Part shown: positions 9,122 through 18,837 of the stretch, piece by piece
How the letters are laid out: each line of letters starts with the position of its first letter
Numbering within the stretch: position 1 is the first letter of the stretch
Assembly: GCA_000092065.1 (NCBI GenBank)
Contig: CP000600.1
Strand: one strand, 5' to 3'
DNA length: 64,000 bases
DNA from: Ostreococcus lucimarinus
Lineage: Eukaryota
Made by a program: the position numbers and the translations under genes
Notes under the pieces: model-generated
Databases searched by the model: none
Told to the model about the DNA's origin: nothing
What the model saw: only the letters and a program-made list of their open reading frames with translations

Positions 9122-11671
9122 TCACTCGATGGGAACCGCTTGGAAGATTACAGCGGAGCGGTCGACGCACACATAAGCGTTACGACGAAGCGAAGGCAAA
9201 ATCATAGCCTCCGCGGTGTATAAATCAGCCTCGGCGACATCATCGCCGGACACGAAGTCAAACGGTGTCTCCAATGCGGTGTCGAGAACGAGTTTCCATC
9301 GCTGGCCCTCGGGAGGGGTTGGAAGCTTCACGAAGGCTGGTTCGTGGTGCGCGTTGAAGGCGACGTAAAACTTTGGTGACTCCGTGGTATCCTGCAAAGT
9401 GAACGCCACAAATCGCGAATCTTCCTCCCAGAGCGGAACTTCAGGTTTATGTCCGTGCCATTGAATGTTCTCGGCGGTCGGAAACGCTGGAAGTCGGAAT
9501 GCACTGTTGTCCTTGCGAAGCGTGGTGAGTTGGCGGACGAATCTCGCAAGTCCTTCGCCGGCGAGTGGATCGTTTGCCTCGTCCCAATTAACCCAATTCA
9601 TCCAGTTATCGTGACAATACGTGTTGTTGTTACCGCACTTAGTGTGTCCGTATTCATCTCCCATGTACAACATCGGCACACCCTGAGCGACGAATAGTGC
9701 AACCATGAAGTTTCTCATTTGTCGATCTCGCAACGAGCAAATCTCAGGATCGCACGACTCACCATCGTCCTCGCACGTCAAACCGCAATTCCATGATTGG
9801 TTGTGCTCTTCCCCGTCGCGGTTCTCTTCTCCGTTTGCGATGTTGTTCTTCTCGTTGTACGTCACGCAGTCGCGCAACGTGAAACCGTCGTGAGCGGTGA
9901 CAAAGTTGATGCTCGCCGCGGGAGTTCTACCATCGGCGTAGAGCTCGGGGCTACCACACAAACGTTCGGCAAACAAACCAGCGTAACCATCAACGCCTCT
10001 GATGAAGTTACGCACGTCATCACGAAACTTCCCGTTCCACTCAGACCACACGCCAAAGTGCGGGAACGAACCGACTTGATACAATCCGCCGGCATCCCAC
10101 GCCTCGGCGATCAGCTTCGTCCCGGCCAACACGGGATCATTGCTAACGGCATCGATTAACGGTGGGTCTTGAAGCGGAGTTCCAATCGCCACCTCTTCTA
10201 ACATCGGTGTCTCTGCCGTTGATTCGCCAAAAATGTTTGCGCGATCCCACTCGCTTGAGGCGCGCGTGAGAATACTCGCCAAGTCAAATCTGAAGCCATC
10301 GATGTGATATTCGAGCACCCAGTAGCGCAAGCATTCGACGATAAATTCGCGCACCACTGCGTGGTTGCAATTCATTGTGTTACCGCATCCGCTGTAGTTG
10401 TAGAACTGCCCCTCCGGGGCGACCATGTAATACACGCGATTGTCCAAGCCTCGGAACGAGAGTGTCAAACCTTCCTCGTTCCCTTCAGCCGTGTGATTGA
10501 AGACCACATCCATGATGACCTCAATGCCGGCTCGATGTGCCTCTCGTACCATGTACTTGAACTCTTGAGCCGCCGCGCGACCGCAATCTTTGTCACCAGC
10601 CTCGGCGTATCGAGTCATCGGACTGAAAAAGTTGACGGTGCTGTATCCCCAAAAGTTTCTTCGAAATTCCCCCGTGGCTGGGTTCACGCTGTGATATTCC
10701 AACTCATTGAATTCATGGCAAGGCATGAGCTCAATAGCATTCACTCCCAGTGTCTTCAAGTACGGCAACGTCTCCACGAGCGCGGCGTATGTACCGGGTT
10801 GCGCCTTGGTTTTCAAATCCGCCGTCATCCCTCGAACGTGCGCCTCGTACACGACGAGGTCGCTCATCGGACGATTCGGCGAAGTCACGCCTTGCCAGTC
10901 AAAATCTTCTCGATCGTCCTTTTTATTCTTTTTCGGCACCGCACCCGCGTATTGCGGCCAGCAATCTTCGCTCCCGTCCGCCTTCTTACCCAGTTCGCCG
11001 TACCGAGGTCGACTCACCGTCGCCTTGGCGTACGGATCGAGCAAAACCTTACTGCGATCGAATCTGTGCCCTTTCTCGGGTTCGTACGGCCCATCGACTC
11101 TGTACCCATAAAGCACGTTCTCCGCACACTTCGGCAGCGCGACGTGCCACACGCTCCCAGTCTTATTGACTCTATCGTCGAGCTCAATCTCGGCGGTAAT
11201 CTCGCCCTTCGCCAACGCCTCGGGCGTCCACAACACCAAACTCACCGCCGTCGCCGACGACGAAAACACCGCAAAATTCACACTGTCATCCTTATCTCCT
11301 CTCACGCGCGTCGCTCCCAGCGCCTGCGCGTTCCCGCGCGTCGGCGTTTCGCACACGCCTCGCACCGCCGCCGGCGGCTTCGGCGGCGTCCGCGTCGTCG
11401 TCTTCACCACCGTCGTCATCGGCGCCTTCCCGCGCGCCATCGGCGGGTTCGCCTCCACCCTCCCGCTCGCTCCCGTCGTCGCGTCGCTTCGCGTCGTCGT
11501 CGTCGTCCGCGCTCGCGCGCGCGCGCTCGCGCGCCTCGTCCCCGTCCCAAACGTCCCCGTCCCCGTCCCCGTCCCTCCGCGCGTCGTCCCGCGCGCATCG
11601 CGCCTCGCGCGTCGCGCGTCGCATCGCGCGACGCGCGTCGTCGCCGCCGCCGTCGTCGTCGTCGCCGCCAT
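9122..11671 (-). CDS. ISA: Isoamylase-type starch debranching enzyme (GH13 with N-terminal CBM48), carrying a low-complexity plastid-targeting extension.
   Basis: NFAVFSSSATAVSLVLW, YGYRVDGPYEPEKGHRFD and LLDPYAKA (CBM48/isoamylase N-terminus). GH13 regions DVVFNHTAEGNE, GFRFDLASIL, LIAEAWD and NFVTAHDGFTL. The N-terminal 100 aa are Thr/Ala/Arg/Gly low complexity. Confidence 0.9.
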   Translation of the reverse strand: MAATTTTAAATTRVARCDARRARRDARGTTRGGTGTGTGTFGTGTRRASARARARTTTTTRSDATTGASGRVEANPPMARGKAPMTTVVKTTTRTPPKPPAAVRGVCETPTRGNAQALGATRVRGDKDDSVNFAVFSSSATAVSLVLWTPEALAKGEITAEIELDDRVNKTGSVWHVALPKCAENVLYGYRVDGPYEPEKGHRFDRSKVLLDPYAKATVSRPRYGELGKKADGSEDCWPQYAGAVPKKNKKDDREDFDWQGVTSPNRPMSDLVVYEAHVRGMTADLKTKAQPGTYAALVETLPYLKTLGVNAIELMPCHEFNELEYHSVNPATGEFRRNFWGYSTVNFFSPMTRYAEAGDKDCGRAAAQEFKYMVREAHRAGIEVIMDVVFNHTAEGNEEGLTLSFRGLDNRVYYMVAPEGQFYNYSGCGNTMNCNHAVVREFIVECLRYWVLEYHIDGFRFDLASILTRASSEWDRANIFGESTAETPMLEEVAIGTPLQDPPLIDAVSNDPVLAGTKLIAEAWDAGGLYQVGSFPHFGVWSEWNGKFRDDVRNFIRGVDGYAGLFAERLCGSPELYADGRTPAASINFVTAHDGFTLRDCVTYNEKNNIANGEENRDGEEHNQSWNCGLTCEDDGESCDPEICSLRDRQMRNFMVALFVAQGVPMLYMGDEYGHTKCGNNNTYCHDNWMNWVNWDEANDPLAGEGLARFVRQLTTLRKDNSAFRLPAFPTAENIQWHGHKPEVPLWEEDSRFVAFTLQDTTESPKFYVAFNAHHEPAFVKLPTPPEGQRWKLVLDTALETPFDFVSGDDVAEADLYTAEAMILPSLRRNAYVCVDRSAVIFQAVPIE

Positions 11672-11875
11672 CGCGCGCGGTCGCGCGGTGCGGGCGCGCG
11701 TCGTCGCGAGGCGTTATCCGCGCGAAAAAGCGACGTTCGCGCGGCGCGTCTGGTGGCGTGCGTCGATCGGGCGGTCGCGAACATCGCGCATCGCGCGTAT
11801 TGCGCGCGCGTATTGTGCGCCGTGCGCACGCGATGGGTGCGCGCGATGCGCGTGCATAAATAAATAAACGACCCG

Positions 11876-11915
11876 GTCGGTCGGTCGGTCGGTCGGTCGG
11901 TCGGTCGGTCGGTCG
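11876..11915. repeat. (GTCG)n tetranucleotide microsatellite, ~10 units, in the divergent intergenic region between the isoamylase and lumazine-synthase genes.
   Basis: gtcggtcggtcgg... tandem run, preceded by an aaataaataaa tract. Confidence 0.9.
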
Positions 11916-12361
11916 CCCGACCGCGCGGCAAAAGGAAACGGGGGGGTTCTTCGCTCATCAGTCTGACCGCGCGCCGTCCTCTGTGACTTGGAATGTGACG
12001 ACACAGGGCCTTCATCAAGCTAGCGCGCCGCGCGGCGTCCGAGACGCCGCGTCGTCGCGAAGCGGATTGTCGAGCTCGAGCGCGCGGCCTTCTCGGTCGT
12101 CGTCTGAGGTAAGAAGCTTGTTTTCATTTGGAGAAAACTGATTAGGTGTACGAAATGTAGAATACGATCCTGTATTAGTACAATCGTGATGTGCAGACGC
12201 GAGACCCCCCTGGACGTCGCGCGCGCGCGTCGCGGCGCGCGTTGTTACGGGTCCGCCGACGCGCGACGTTCGGGCGGGCGCGGAACGCGCCGAAAACGCG
12301 TTCTAGGGTTGTGCGCCGCGACACTCGTCGTCGCGCGTCGCCGCGCCGCGATTCGCGATCG

Positions 12362-13087
12362 ATGGCCGCGACGCGCTCGACGCGCGTCGCGCGCGCGCCG
12401 CGCGTCGCGCTCGACGCGCGCGGACGCGCGCGCGCGCGCGTTCGCGCGAATCGCGCGCGAATCGCGCGCGAGGCGAAAAAGGGCGAGGCGGACGACGCCC
12501 CGACGCGGGCGCCGCTGCCGCGGGAGTACGAACACCACAGCCCGGGATCGGTGCAAGAGACGGACGACGCGGTGACGTTCGCGCACGAACGCGCGGAAGA
12601 GCGAGAGAAATGGGCGAAGACGACCGTCGTGCACGTGGGCGAGGGGTCGCGCGAACGCGTGCGCCTCGGCGTGTGCATCGGCGAGTTTCATAATAAACTC
12701 ATGGATCGCATGCTCGAGGACGCGCGCGTGAGCGCGGAGGCGATGGGAGCGACGATCGATAAGGTGGTGTGGGTGCCGGGGACGTACGAAGCGCCGCTGG
12801 TGGTGGAGAATATGTTGCAGGATCCGACGCTGGACGCGTGCGTCGTGTTGGGATACATCGAAAAGGGATCGACGCTGCACGGGCAAGAGATGGGGGCGAC
12901 GTTTTCCATCATCGCGAAGCAATTAGAGTTAGAGTATGGGAAACCGGTGGGAATGGGGATCATCGGACCGGGCGCGACGGCGGAACAGGCGGAGATGCGC
13001 GTGGCGTACGCGGGCAACGCCGTTCGCGCGAGCGTGCGCATGGCGAGAACGTTCGTGCCCGCGGAAGAAGACGTGGAGACGGCGTGA
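12362..13087 (+). CDS. RIBH: 6,7-dimethyl-8-ribityllumazine synthase (riboflavin synthase beta subunit) with an N-terminal transit peptide.
   Basis: VRLGVCIGEFHNKLMDRMLEDA (the ARFNE-type region), VVWVPGTYEAPLV, VVLGYIEKGSTLHGQEM (= LGAVIRGxTxHFDYV) and GIIGPGATAEQAEMRVAYAGN align with lumazine synthase. I took the start at MAATRS (12362). ORFs 12186 and 12191 begin at non-ATG or upstream artefacts. Confidence 0.8.
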   Translation: MAATRSTRVARAPRVALDARGRARARVRANRARIAREAKKGEADDAPTRAPLPREYEHHSPGSVQETDDAVTFAHERAEEREKWAKTTVVHVGEGSRERVRLGVCIGEFHNKLMDRMLEDARVSAEAMGATIDKVVWVPGTYEAPLVVENMLQDPTLDACVVLGYIEKGSTLHGQEMGATFSIIAKQLELEYGKPVGMGIIGPGATAEQAEMRVAYAGNAVRASVRMARTFVPAEEDVETA

Positions 13088-13212
13088 GTCGTCGACGAGC
13101 GATCACCGACCGCGGGTGGCGTTTAGTTTAAATTTTTATCTCATGGTTAGGATTCTCACGCGACGCTCGCCGTCGTCTCGCTCGCGCTCGCCTCGCTCGG
13201 TCGCCGCACACG

Positions 13213-14436
13213 GTGACGCCGATGCTCGCCGCCGCGCGTCGCCGCGCGTCCGCCGCGCGAGCGTCCACGGTCGAAGCGTGCGCGCGAGCGCTGGCGTCGG
13301 GGTCGGCGACGCGCGCGCGGGCGTCGGCGTGCGCGAACGCTGCGCGCGGGACGTGGGCCGAAGCATCGACTTCAACGCCGCCTCGCGCCGCGCACGCGAG
13401 CTCTTTCGTCGCTCGACGACCGAGAACGGGCGATGGTGAATATTTCCGTTCGTTCGCCGCGTCGGCGTCGACGTCTCACTCGTCGAGGGTGAAGGCGGAC
13501 GAAGAAGCGTCGTCGGCGTCGTCGGCGGCGACGCCGGCGCCCGAGGCGGAGAACACCTGGGTCGATCGCGTCGTTCCCTCGTCCTTGGTGCCGTACGCCA
13601 AGCTCGTGAGATTGGACCGACCTATCGGGACCGCGCTTTTGGCGTGGCCGTGCTTCTGGTCGATCGCGCTGGCGGCGGACGCGGGCGCGCTTCCGGACGC
13701 GCGTCTGCTCGGACTGTTCGGCGTCGGAGCGCTTCTTCTTCGAGGCGCGGGGTGCACGGTGAACGATCTGTGGGATCGAGACATCGATAATAAAGTTTCG
13801 CGCACGCGTAACCGCCCGATCGCGAGCGGGGCGGTGAGCGTTCCGAAAGCCATATTGTTTTTAGGCGCGCAACTCGCGCTCGGACTCGGCGTGTTGGTTC
13901 AGCTGAACGATTATTCAAAAATTCTGGGCGCGAGTTCGTTGGCTCTCGTCGCAGCGTATCCCGCCATGAAACGCATCACGAATTATCCACAGGCGTTTCT
14001 CGGGTTGACGTTTAATTGGGGGGCTTTGCTCGGCTGGGCCGCCGTGCACGGCTCGTGCGACTGGGGCGCGGTGCTGCCGCTCTACGCCTCAGGCGTGGCG
14101 TGGACTTTGGTGTACGACACTATTTATGCGCATCAAGATAAGCACGACGACGCCAAGGTCGGTATCAAGTCGACTGCGTTGCACTTTGGTAAAGACACAA
14201 AGAAATATTTAGGAGCGTTCGCGCTCGCCGGCACTTCGGCGCTTTGCGCATCTGGGGCGTACGTCGGTTTAGATTATCCGTTTTACGTCGGCGTCGCAAC
14301 CGCGACGTCACATTTGTTTTGGCAAATCGCGACGGTGGATTTGGACGATCGAGAAGACTGTGCGGCGAAGTTTCGCAGCAACTCGACGTACGGCGCACTG
14401 GTGTTCGCGGGGATAGTCGCAGGAAAGGTGTTTTGA
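13213..14436 (+). CDS. COQ2: 4-hydroxybenzoate polyprenyltransferase (UbiA family, COQ2 type) with a mitochondrial presequence.
   Basis: RLDRPIGTALLAWPCFWSIALA and NDLWDRDIDNKVSRTRNRPIASG (the NDxxDxxxD prenyltransferase motif) with multiple TM helices. The N-terminus is an Arg/Ala-rich presequence. Confidence 0.85.
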   Translation: MTPMLAAARRRASAARASTVEACARALASGSATRARASACANAARGTWAEASTSTPPRAAHASSFVARRPRTGDGEYFRSFAASASTSHSSRVKADEEASSASSAATPAPEAENTWVDRVVPSSLVPYAKLVRLDRPIGTALLAWPCFWSIALAADAGALPDARLLGLFGVGALLLRGAGCTVNDLWDRDIDNKVSRTRNRPIASGAVSVPKAILFLGAQLALGLGVLVQLNDYSKILGASSLALVAAYPAMKRITNYPQAFLGLTFNWGALLGWAAVHGSCDWGAVLPLYASGVAWTLVYDTIYAHQDKHDDAKVGIKSTALHFGKDTKKYLGAFALAGTSALCASGAYVGLDYPFYVGVATATSHLFWQIATVDLDDREDCAAKFRSNSTYGALVFAGIVAGKVF

Positions 14437-14491
14437 TAGTATCTAGATAGATGAAATTGTTTATACGCGTATTCGGTTCTCATATTTTTCA

Positions 14492-17419
14492 TCACGCCGA
14501 CAGAGACGCATCAATGCTCTCGATACGCTCCTCGACGTCACCCCCCGCGGCGAGAGCGGCCAATTTTGCCATCGACAACATTCGTCGTTTTTCATCCTCA
14601 GCGGTACCGGCACGATTACCGATGGACGCCAACGTCTCGCTAGCTCGAGCGTACTTACCCATGCGAAGCTCCATCAACCAACGAAGATCGGGATGGGACG
14701 ACAAGAATCGTTCCAAGTCGCCGTGGAATTCTACCGGTAGGTCGCGCAACAACGCCGCTGCACGATCTTGCACTATGGCCAACTTACGATAGACAAAGTG
14801 CGCGAAAGTCTCTTCGCCGTCTTCTTGGGCACCTAGAAGCGTGCGCATATAATGATGAAGACGGCCCGTAGCATTCGGCGCGTCACAAATCTCGAAAAGC
14901 TCGGCGTAGCCAAAGTGAGCCTCTGCCACAGCGGCGACGGATTCGACGGACACATCAACGCCTTCCGTCAGGGAGCCACGTTGAGGACGATCTTGCTGTG
15001 GTACCGTTGTACTGTGCGTGGCGCACTCAAGAAGTGTGGGCAGGACCAACGCCCGATCGGCCACGTACTCATCGTGCGCTTCAATGCGGTCTGTCGAACT
15101 CGGCAGCGCTGCGTTGAGGTTTGCAGCCGAGGCGTCGAGCAACGGCGCCGCTGAAGCCATCAAGCGTGATCCTAGAACTGGAGCTAGCCCAACATGTGTC
15201 TTACTCAGCGCAGCTTCTTTGTAAAGAGTAATTGCCGTTTTCGACAGCGCGCGAAGGGCTTCGCGTGCTTCAATCTCACACGTCCAATTCACGCCAACGC
15301 TCGATGAAAACGGTGGATATAGCCCAGTACGTCGCCTTCTAAAATCGTTCGCCGCCTCCAAAGCCACTAGTAACCCGCGAGCACAAGTATCGAGCGTGAT
15401 CGCACGCTTTTCTAATGCCTTATTTTTCGCAAGATTCTTTTCTAAAACGTACACGACGGCTGGGAACATCAAGCGTGCTTCGCTCGAACGGCTGAAACAA
15501 ACTTCCACATCTGATCTTTCATCCAACGCGCTGTCGGTCTCTTTGATCGCAGCACCCGCATGCGTGACAATTTCTTCTAACATAGGTTTCATCTCATCGT
15601 CGACGGTGTGTTGCAAACCACGAAGCTGTGAAAGGGCTGCAATCATTTCACCGTGCATCAGTATCTCTGAGCGTTCCTCGGCGTTGATTTCGCTCCAGGC
15701 TCCGCTCTCGGTCAAGAAATCTAGAAAGAGTAGATGTCTGTTTAACTTTTCAGCACCGTGCTCTTCAATGGTTGGACCACCGCCACGGGTGGATTTGCCC
15801 GAAAGCTTCTTTGGCAACGCATCGACGAGACCTTTGCTCATCGTTGCAAACGGCGCAGCGTCGCTCACAAACGCTCCCGACGCTCGCAGGCGGGACTTCG
15901 TCTGACCAAGAGGACCACTTTGCCCGGCGAAGTAGTTTTCAAATTCTACGCGCACGCACTCACTCGCGTTCGTATCGTCCACCGGATTTGCACTGGGACT
16001 AGTCACGTGTGACGACGACCGCGTGGTGCGCTTCGGCGTCTCCTTTGCAGAACGCCGCGGGGTCGTCTGCCTCCCGCTCGCGTGCGGTTTGAACGTAGAA
16101 CAACCACTCTCTTTCGTCAAAATAAGCCACTCACCCGTACCGACGCGTTTAATGTCGATGATTGGTTCGTGGTTGGATGCGTCCATGCGCGCCGATACTC
16201 GAGAATAATCCACGCCTGAGAACATCACGGCGGAACCGTCGCCAGCGAGCACGAACGTATCCTCTCCATCGACGACAACTTTTGCGTGCAAGAAGTTATT
16301 GGGCAAAGCACCCGCGGGAGGCACGGCGGAGGCGATGAGGTTCATCGTATCCGTGCCGTGAGCGCGTTGAAAACGATGGAGCGATCCTCTACCGTCGCAC
16401 TCGACGAGCACGGTGATGTCCACGCCAGCCTTCGTCAGCGTCCAATCTGCAGAAACGAAGACGATATTGGAAGACACGCGCAACGATTTCTGAATTTTCT
16501 TACCGAGCTTGTGCACATGCGCCAAAGTGGGCGACTTCTCCGACACCGAAACGTCGAGCGACCATTCCTCGAGCTTTCCATCCGCCACGCAAACGAGCAA
16601 TCGTCGCTTCGTTTCCGTCGAACCATCGACAAAGCTGAGCGATCGCACGCCCCCCACATTCACTCTTCGACTTAAAAGCGCACCAGCCGCCATCGTGGCA
16701 GACCTGATCGCTCCCCAAGCTCGACTCTTTCCCGGAGTTTTCATCGGCGAGCCCGGCGCGCTCCCTCCGTTCCCCTCCTCCTCTTCTTCGTCGTGCATAT
16801 CATCCACCCAATGACTCGTATTCGTTCGATCAAACACTTTCCACGTCACCCCATCCTTTCCATCGCTCTCGACCGCGTAGAGATTCCCATTAGAATCCCC
16901 CACCACCGCGCGCGCCGTCCCGCTCGTCGTCTCCGTCGCCGCGCACCGCGTCGCCCTCGCGCGCGCCCCCTTCACCTCCACGTACGCCGTCTCGATCGCC
17001 GTCGCTCGCATCGTCGGCGAGTACACATCTCTCACGTACGCCCCATCCCCCGCCTCCGTGAACACCACGCACGCATCATCGTCGACGAACGTCGCGACTT
17101 CGCACGCGTCTCGCAAGCCCAAGTCCCGCGCCGCGTCCAGCGCGCGCCACCGCATCGGTTCCCGTCCCCCCGGGCGCGCGCGTTCGACGCAGAACGCGCG
17201 TCCAACGTCGCGCGCTCTCGTTTCATCGTCCTCCGCGCCGTGCGCCCGCGTCAGCGCTCCGTCGCGTCGCTCGCCGCGCATCCAGACGTTTGTCCCATCG
17301 CTCGCGTTCGCGCGCGATTTCCGCGCGTCCAGCCCCCCGCGCGGGCGCGCGTCGGCGTCGATCGCGCGCGCGATGCCCTCGCGCGCGTCCTCCGCGCGCG
17401 CGGCGTCGTCGCGCGGCAT
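14492..17419 (-). CDS. NUP133: Nup133-like nucleoporin (N-terminal beta-propeller region plus C-terminal alpha-solenoid).
   Basis: 975-aa non-repetitive ORF. The C-terminal DLRWLMELRMGKYARASETLASIG...LSMAKLAALAAGG resembles the Nup133 C-terminal region (..LLWLHEI...TLLGLA...LSKLAALA). This is a family-level call from memory. Confidence 0.5.
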   Translation of the reverse strand: MPRDDAARAEDAREGIARAIDADARPRGGLDARKSRANASDGTNVWMRGERRDGALTRAHGAEDDETRARDVGRAFCVERARPGGREPMRWRALDAARDLGLRDACEVATFVDDDACVVFTEAGDGAYVRDVYSPTMRATAIETAYVEVKGARARATRCAATETTSGTARAVVGDSNGNLYAVESDGKDGVTWKVFDRTNTSHWVDDMHDEEEEEGNGGSAPGSPMKTPGKSRAWGAIRSATMAAGALLSRRVNVGGVRSLSFVDGSTETKRRLLVCVADGKLEEWSLDVSVSEKSPTLAHVHKLGKKIQKSLRVSSNIVFVSADWTLTKAGVDITVLVECDGRGSLHRFQRAHGTDTMNLIASAVPPAGALPNNFLHAKVVVDGEDTFVLAGDGSAVMFSGVDYSRVSARMDASNHEPIIDIKRVGTGEWLILTKESGCSTFKPHASGRQTTPRRSAKETPKRTTRSSSHVTSPSANPVDDTNASECVRVEFENYFAGQSGPLGQTKSRLRASGAFVSDAAPFATMSKGLVDALPKKLSGKSTRGGGPTIEEHGAEKLNRHLLFLDFLTESGAWSEINAEERSEILMHGEMIAALSQLRGLQHTVDDEMKPMLEEIVTHAGAAIKETDSALDERSDVEVCFSRSSEARLMFPAVVYVLEKNLAKNKALEKRAITLDTCARGLLVALEAANDFRRRRTGLYPPFSSSVGVNWTCEIEAREALRALSKTAITLYKEAALSKTHVGLAPVLGSRLMASAAPLLDASAANLNAALPSSTDRIEAHDEYVADRALVLPTLLECATHSTTVPQQDRPQRGSLTEGVDVSVESVAAVAEAHFGYAELFEICDAPNATGRLHHYMRTLLGAQEDGEETFAHFVYRKLAIVQDRAAALLRDLPVEFHGDLERFLSSHPDLRWLMELRMGKYARASETLASIGNRAGTAEDEKRRMLSMAKLAALAAGGDVEERIESIDASLSA

Positions 17420-17541
17420 CGCGACGACGCGTCGGCGTGTGCGGCGTCGTCGGCGCGCGCGCCATCGCTCCGCCGAGACATCCGCGCGCGGAGGACGCGC
17501 GCGGCGTCGATTCGTCGCGCGGCGACCGGCGACGTCGAGCG

Positions 17542-18711
17542 ATGGGGCTGTACGACGACTTGCCCGAGGTGACGCGCGCGGAGGCGGGCGCGCGCGCGCG
17601 AGAGGGCGGCGAGGGCGCGGCGGGCGGTTGGGGCGGGACGACGACGACGACGACGACGGAAGCGACGACGGAAGCGACGACGACGAAGGAAGGAGGCGCG
17701 AGCGAAGCGATGCGCGCGAAGGGCGCGATCGGGGGGAAGGCGGGCGTGCTGCGCGCGCAGGCGAACGCGCTCAGGGCGGCGCGGTCGAGGACGCTTCGGG
17801 ACGCGGAGGCGAGACGCGCCGAGTCGAAGAAACGCGCGCGAGAGCGAAAAGAGGACTCGAGAGGAGGCGAGGACGAGGTAAAAACGATCGAAGTCGCCGT
17901 GGCGAGCGATGAGGAGGAGACGGATGATGTGGACGATGGGTACGATCCGGCGGCGCCGAACGACTACGAGCGAACGCTCGCGGAGAGAGCGGAGCGGGCG
18001 AGACGGAGACGGGATTTAAACGCGAACGAGGAGTTGCGAAAGGAGTTAGAATCGAAGAGAAAAGCGATGGAGTCGCAGAGATCGGCGATGGATCGCGAGG
18101 AGGTGTTGGGGGTGGATGGTCGAGAGGCTCGGCGACGGCGGCTGGCGATGGGCCGAGACGCGGGCGCGAGTCGAGATACAAACAGCGCTAGTGGCGCTCA
18201 GAAGGCGAACAAAGGGAAGAGCGCGGCGGAGAAAATGATGGAAAAAATGGGTTGGACGAAAGGTCGAGGCTTGGGTAAGTCTGAGCAAGGGATGACGACG
18301 CCTCTGGAGGTCCGAAAAGACTCGGCGACGAGCGGTAAAATCGTCAACGCGGCGCCGGTGATTTTCGAAAAGAAAAAAGTACCGCTGCGCGGTAAGCCGA
18401 CGCCAGTGCTCTTGCTTCGTAACGTCGTGCTCGCGGGCGAAGTCGTCGATACGCTCGAAGACGACGTCGCCGAGCACTGCGAAAAGTTTGGCGACGTGGT
18501 TCGAGTTTTCATCTTTGAGATCGAAGAAGAGGGTTTCGCCAAAGAAGAGACGGTTCGTATATTCGTCGAGTTCGTCGACACGAAGACCGCCATAAGCGCA
18601 GGTGCCGAGCTCGATGGTCGCGTGTTCGCGAACCGAGTCGTCAAGGCGAGCTATTATGATGTCGAAAGATTCGAAGCCGGCGATTTGGGCCCGCAAGCGG
18701 GCGAAACGTAA
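17542..18711 (+). CDS. SPF45: Splicing factor 45 (SPF45/RBM17/DRT111 family): G-patch domain plus a C-terminal UHM/RRM-like domain.
   Basis: Starts MGLYDDLP (conserved SPF45 N-terminus). G-patch GWTKGRGLGKSEQG. The C-terminal RRM-like region ends ...GRVFANRVVKASYYDVERFEAGDL. ORF 17290 upstream of Met-85 is Arg-rich junk. Confidence 0.85.
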   Translation: MGLYDDLPEVTRAEAGARAREGGEGAAGGWGGTTTTTTTEATTEATTTKEGGASEAMRAKGAIGGKAGVLRAQANALRAARSRTLRDAEARRAESKKRARERKEDSRGGEDEVKTIEVAVASDEEETDDVDDGYDPAAPNDYERTLAERAERARRRRDLNANEELRKELESKRKAMESQRSAMDREEVLGVDGREARRRRLAMGRDAGASRDTNSASGAQKANKGKSAAEKMMEKMGWTKGRGLGKSEQGMTTPLEVRKDSATSGKIVNAAPVIFEKKKVPLRGKPTPVLLLRNVVLAGEVVDTLEDDVAEHCEKFGDVVRVFIFEIEEEGFAKEETVRIFVEFVDTKTAISAGAELDGRVFANRVVKASYYDVERFEAGDLGPQAGET

Positions 18712-18837
18712 TCTAGGAGCACTCCTCGCATAGCGCTAGCAAACACATAGACGCCTTAGTTTTTGTCTCGATGACGCAGTTGATTGATTTACACGCAACA
18801 AGCCAGTAGAGCTACGACTCGACTCGAATTCTTCTTC

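Noticed and set aside
10304-11863. 519-aa plus-strand ORF (also 10707..11111, 10750..11169, 11166..11867).
   Set aside because: Antisense to the isoamylase gene, with poly-Arg/Pro translation.
16793-17912. Plus ORFs 16793..17572 and 17058..17912, and minus ORFs 17223..17481.
   Set aside because: They lie in the CG-rich 5' region of Nup133/SPF45 and are low complexity with no homology. The SPF45 CDS starts at 17542 in a different context.
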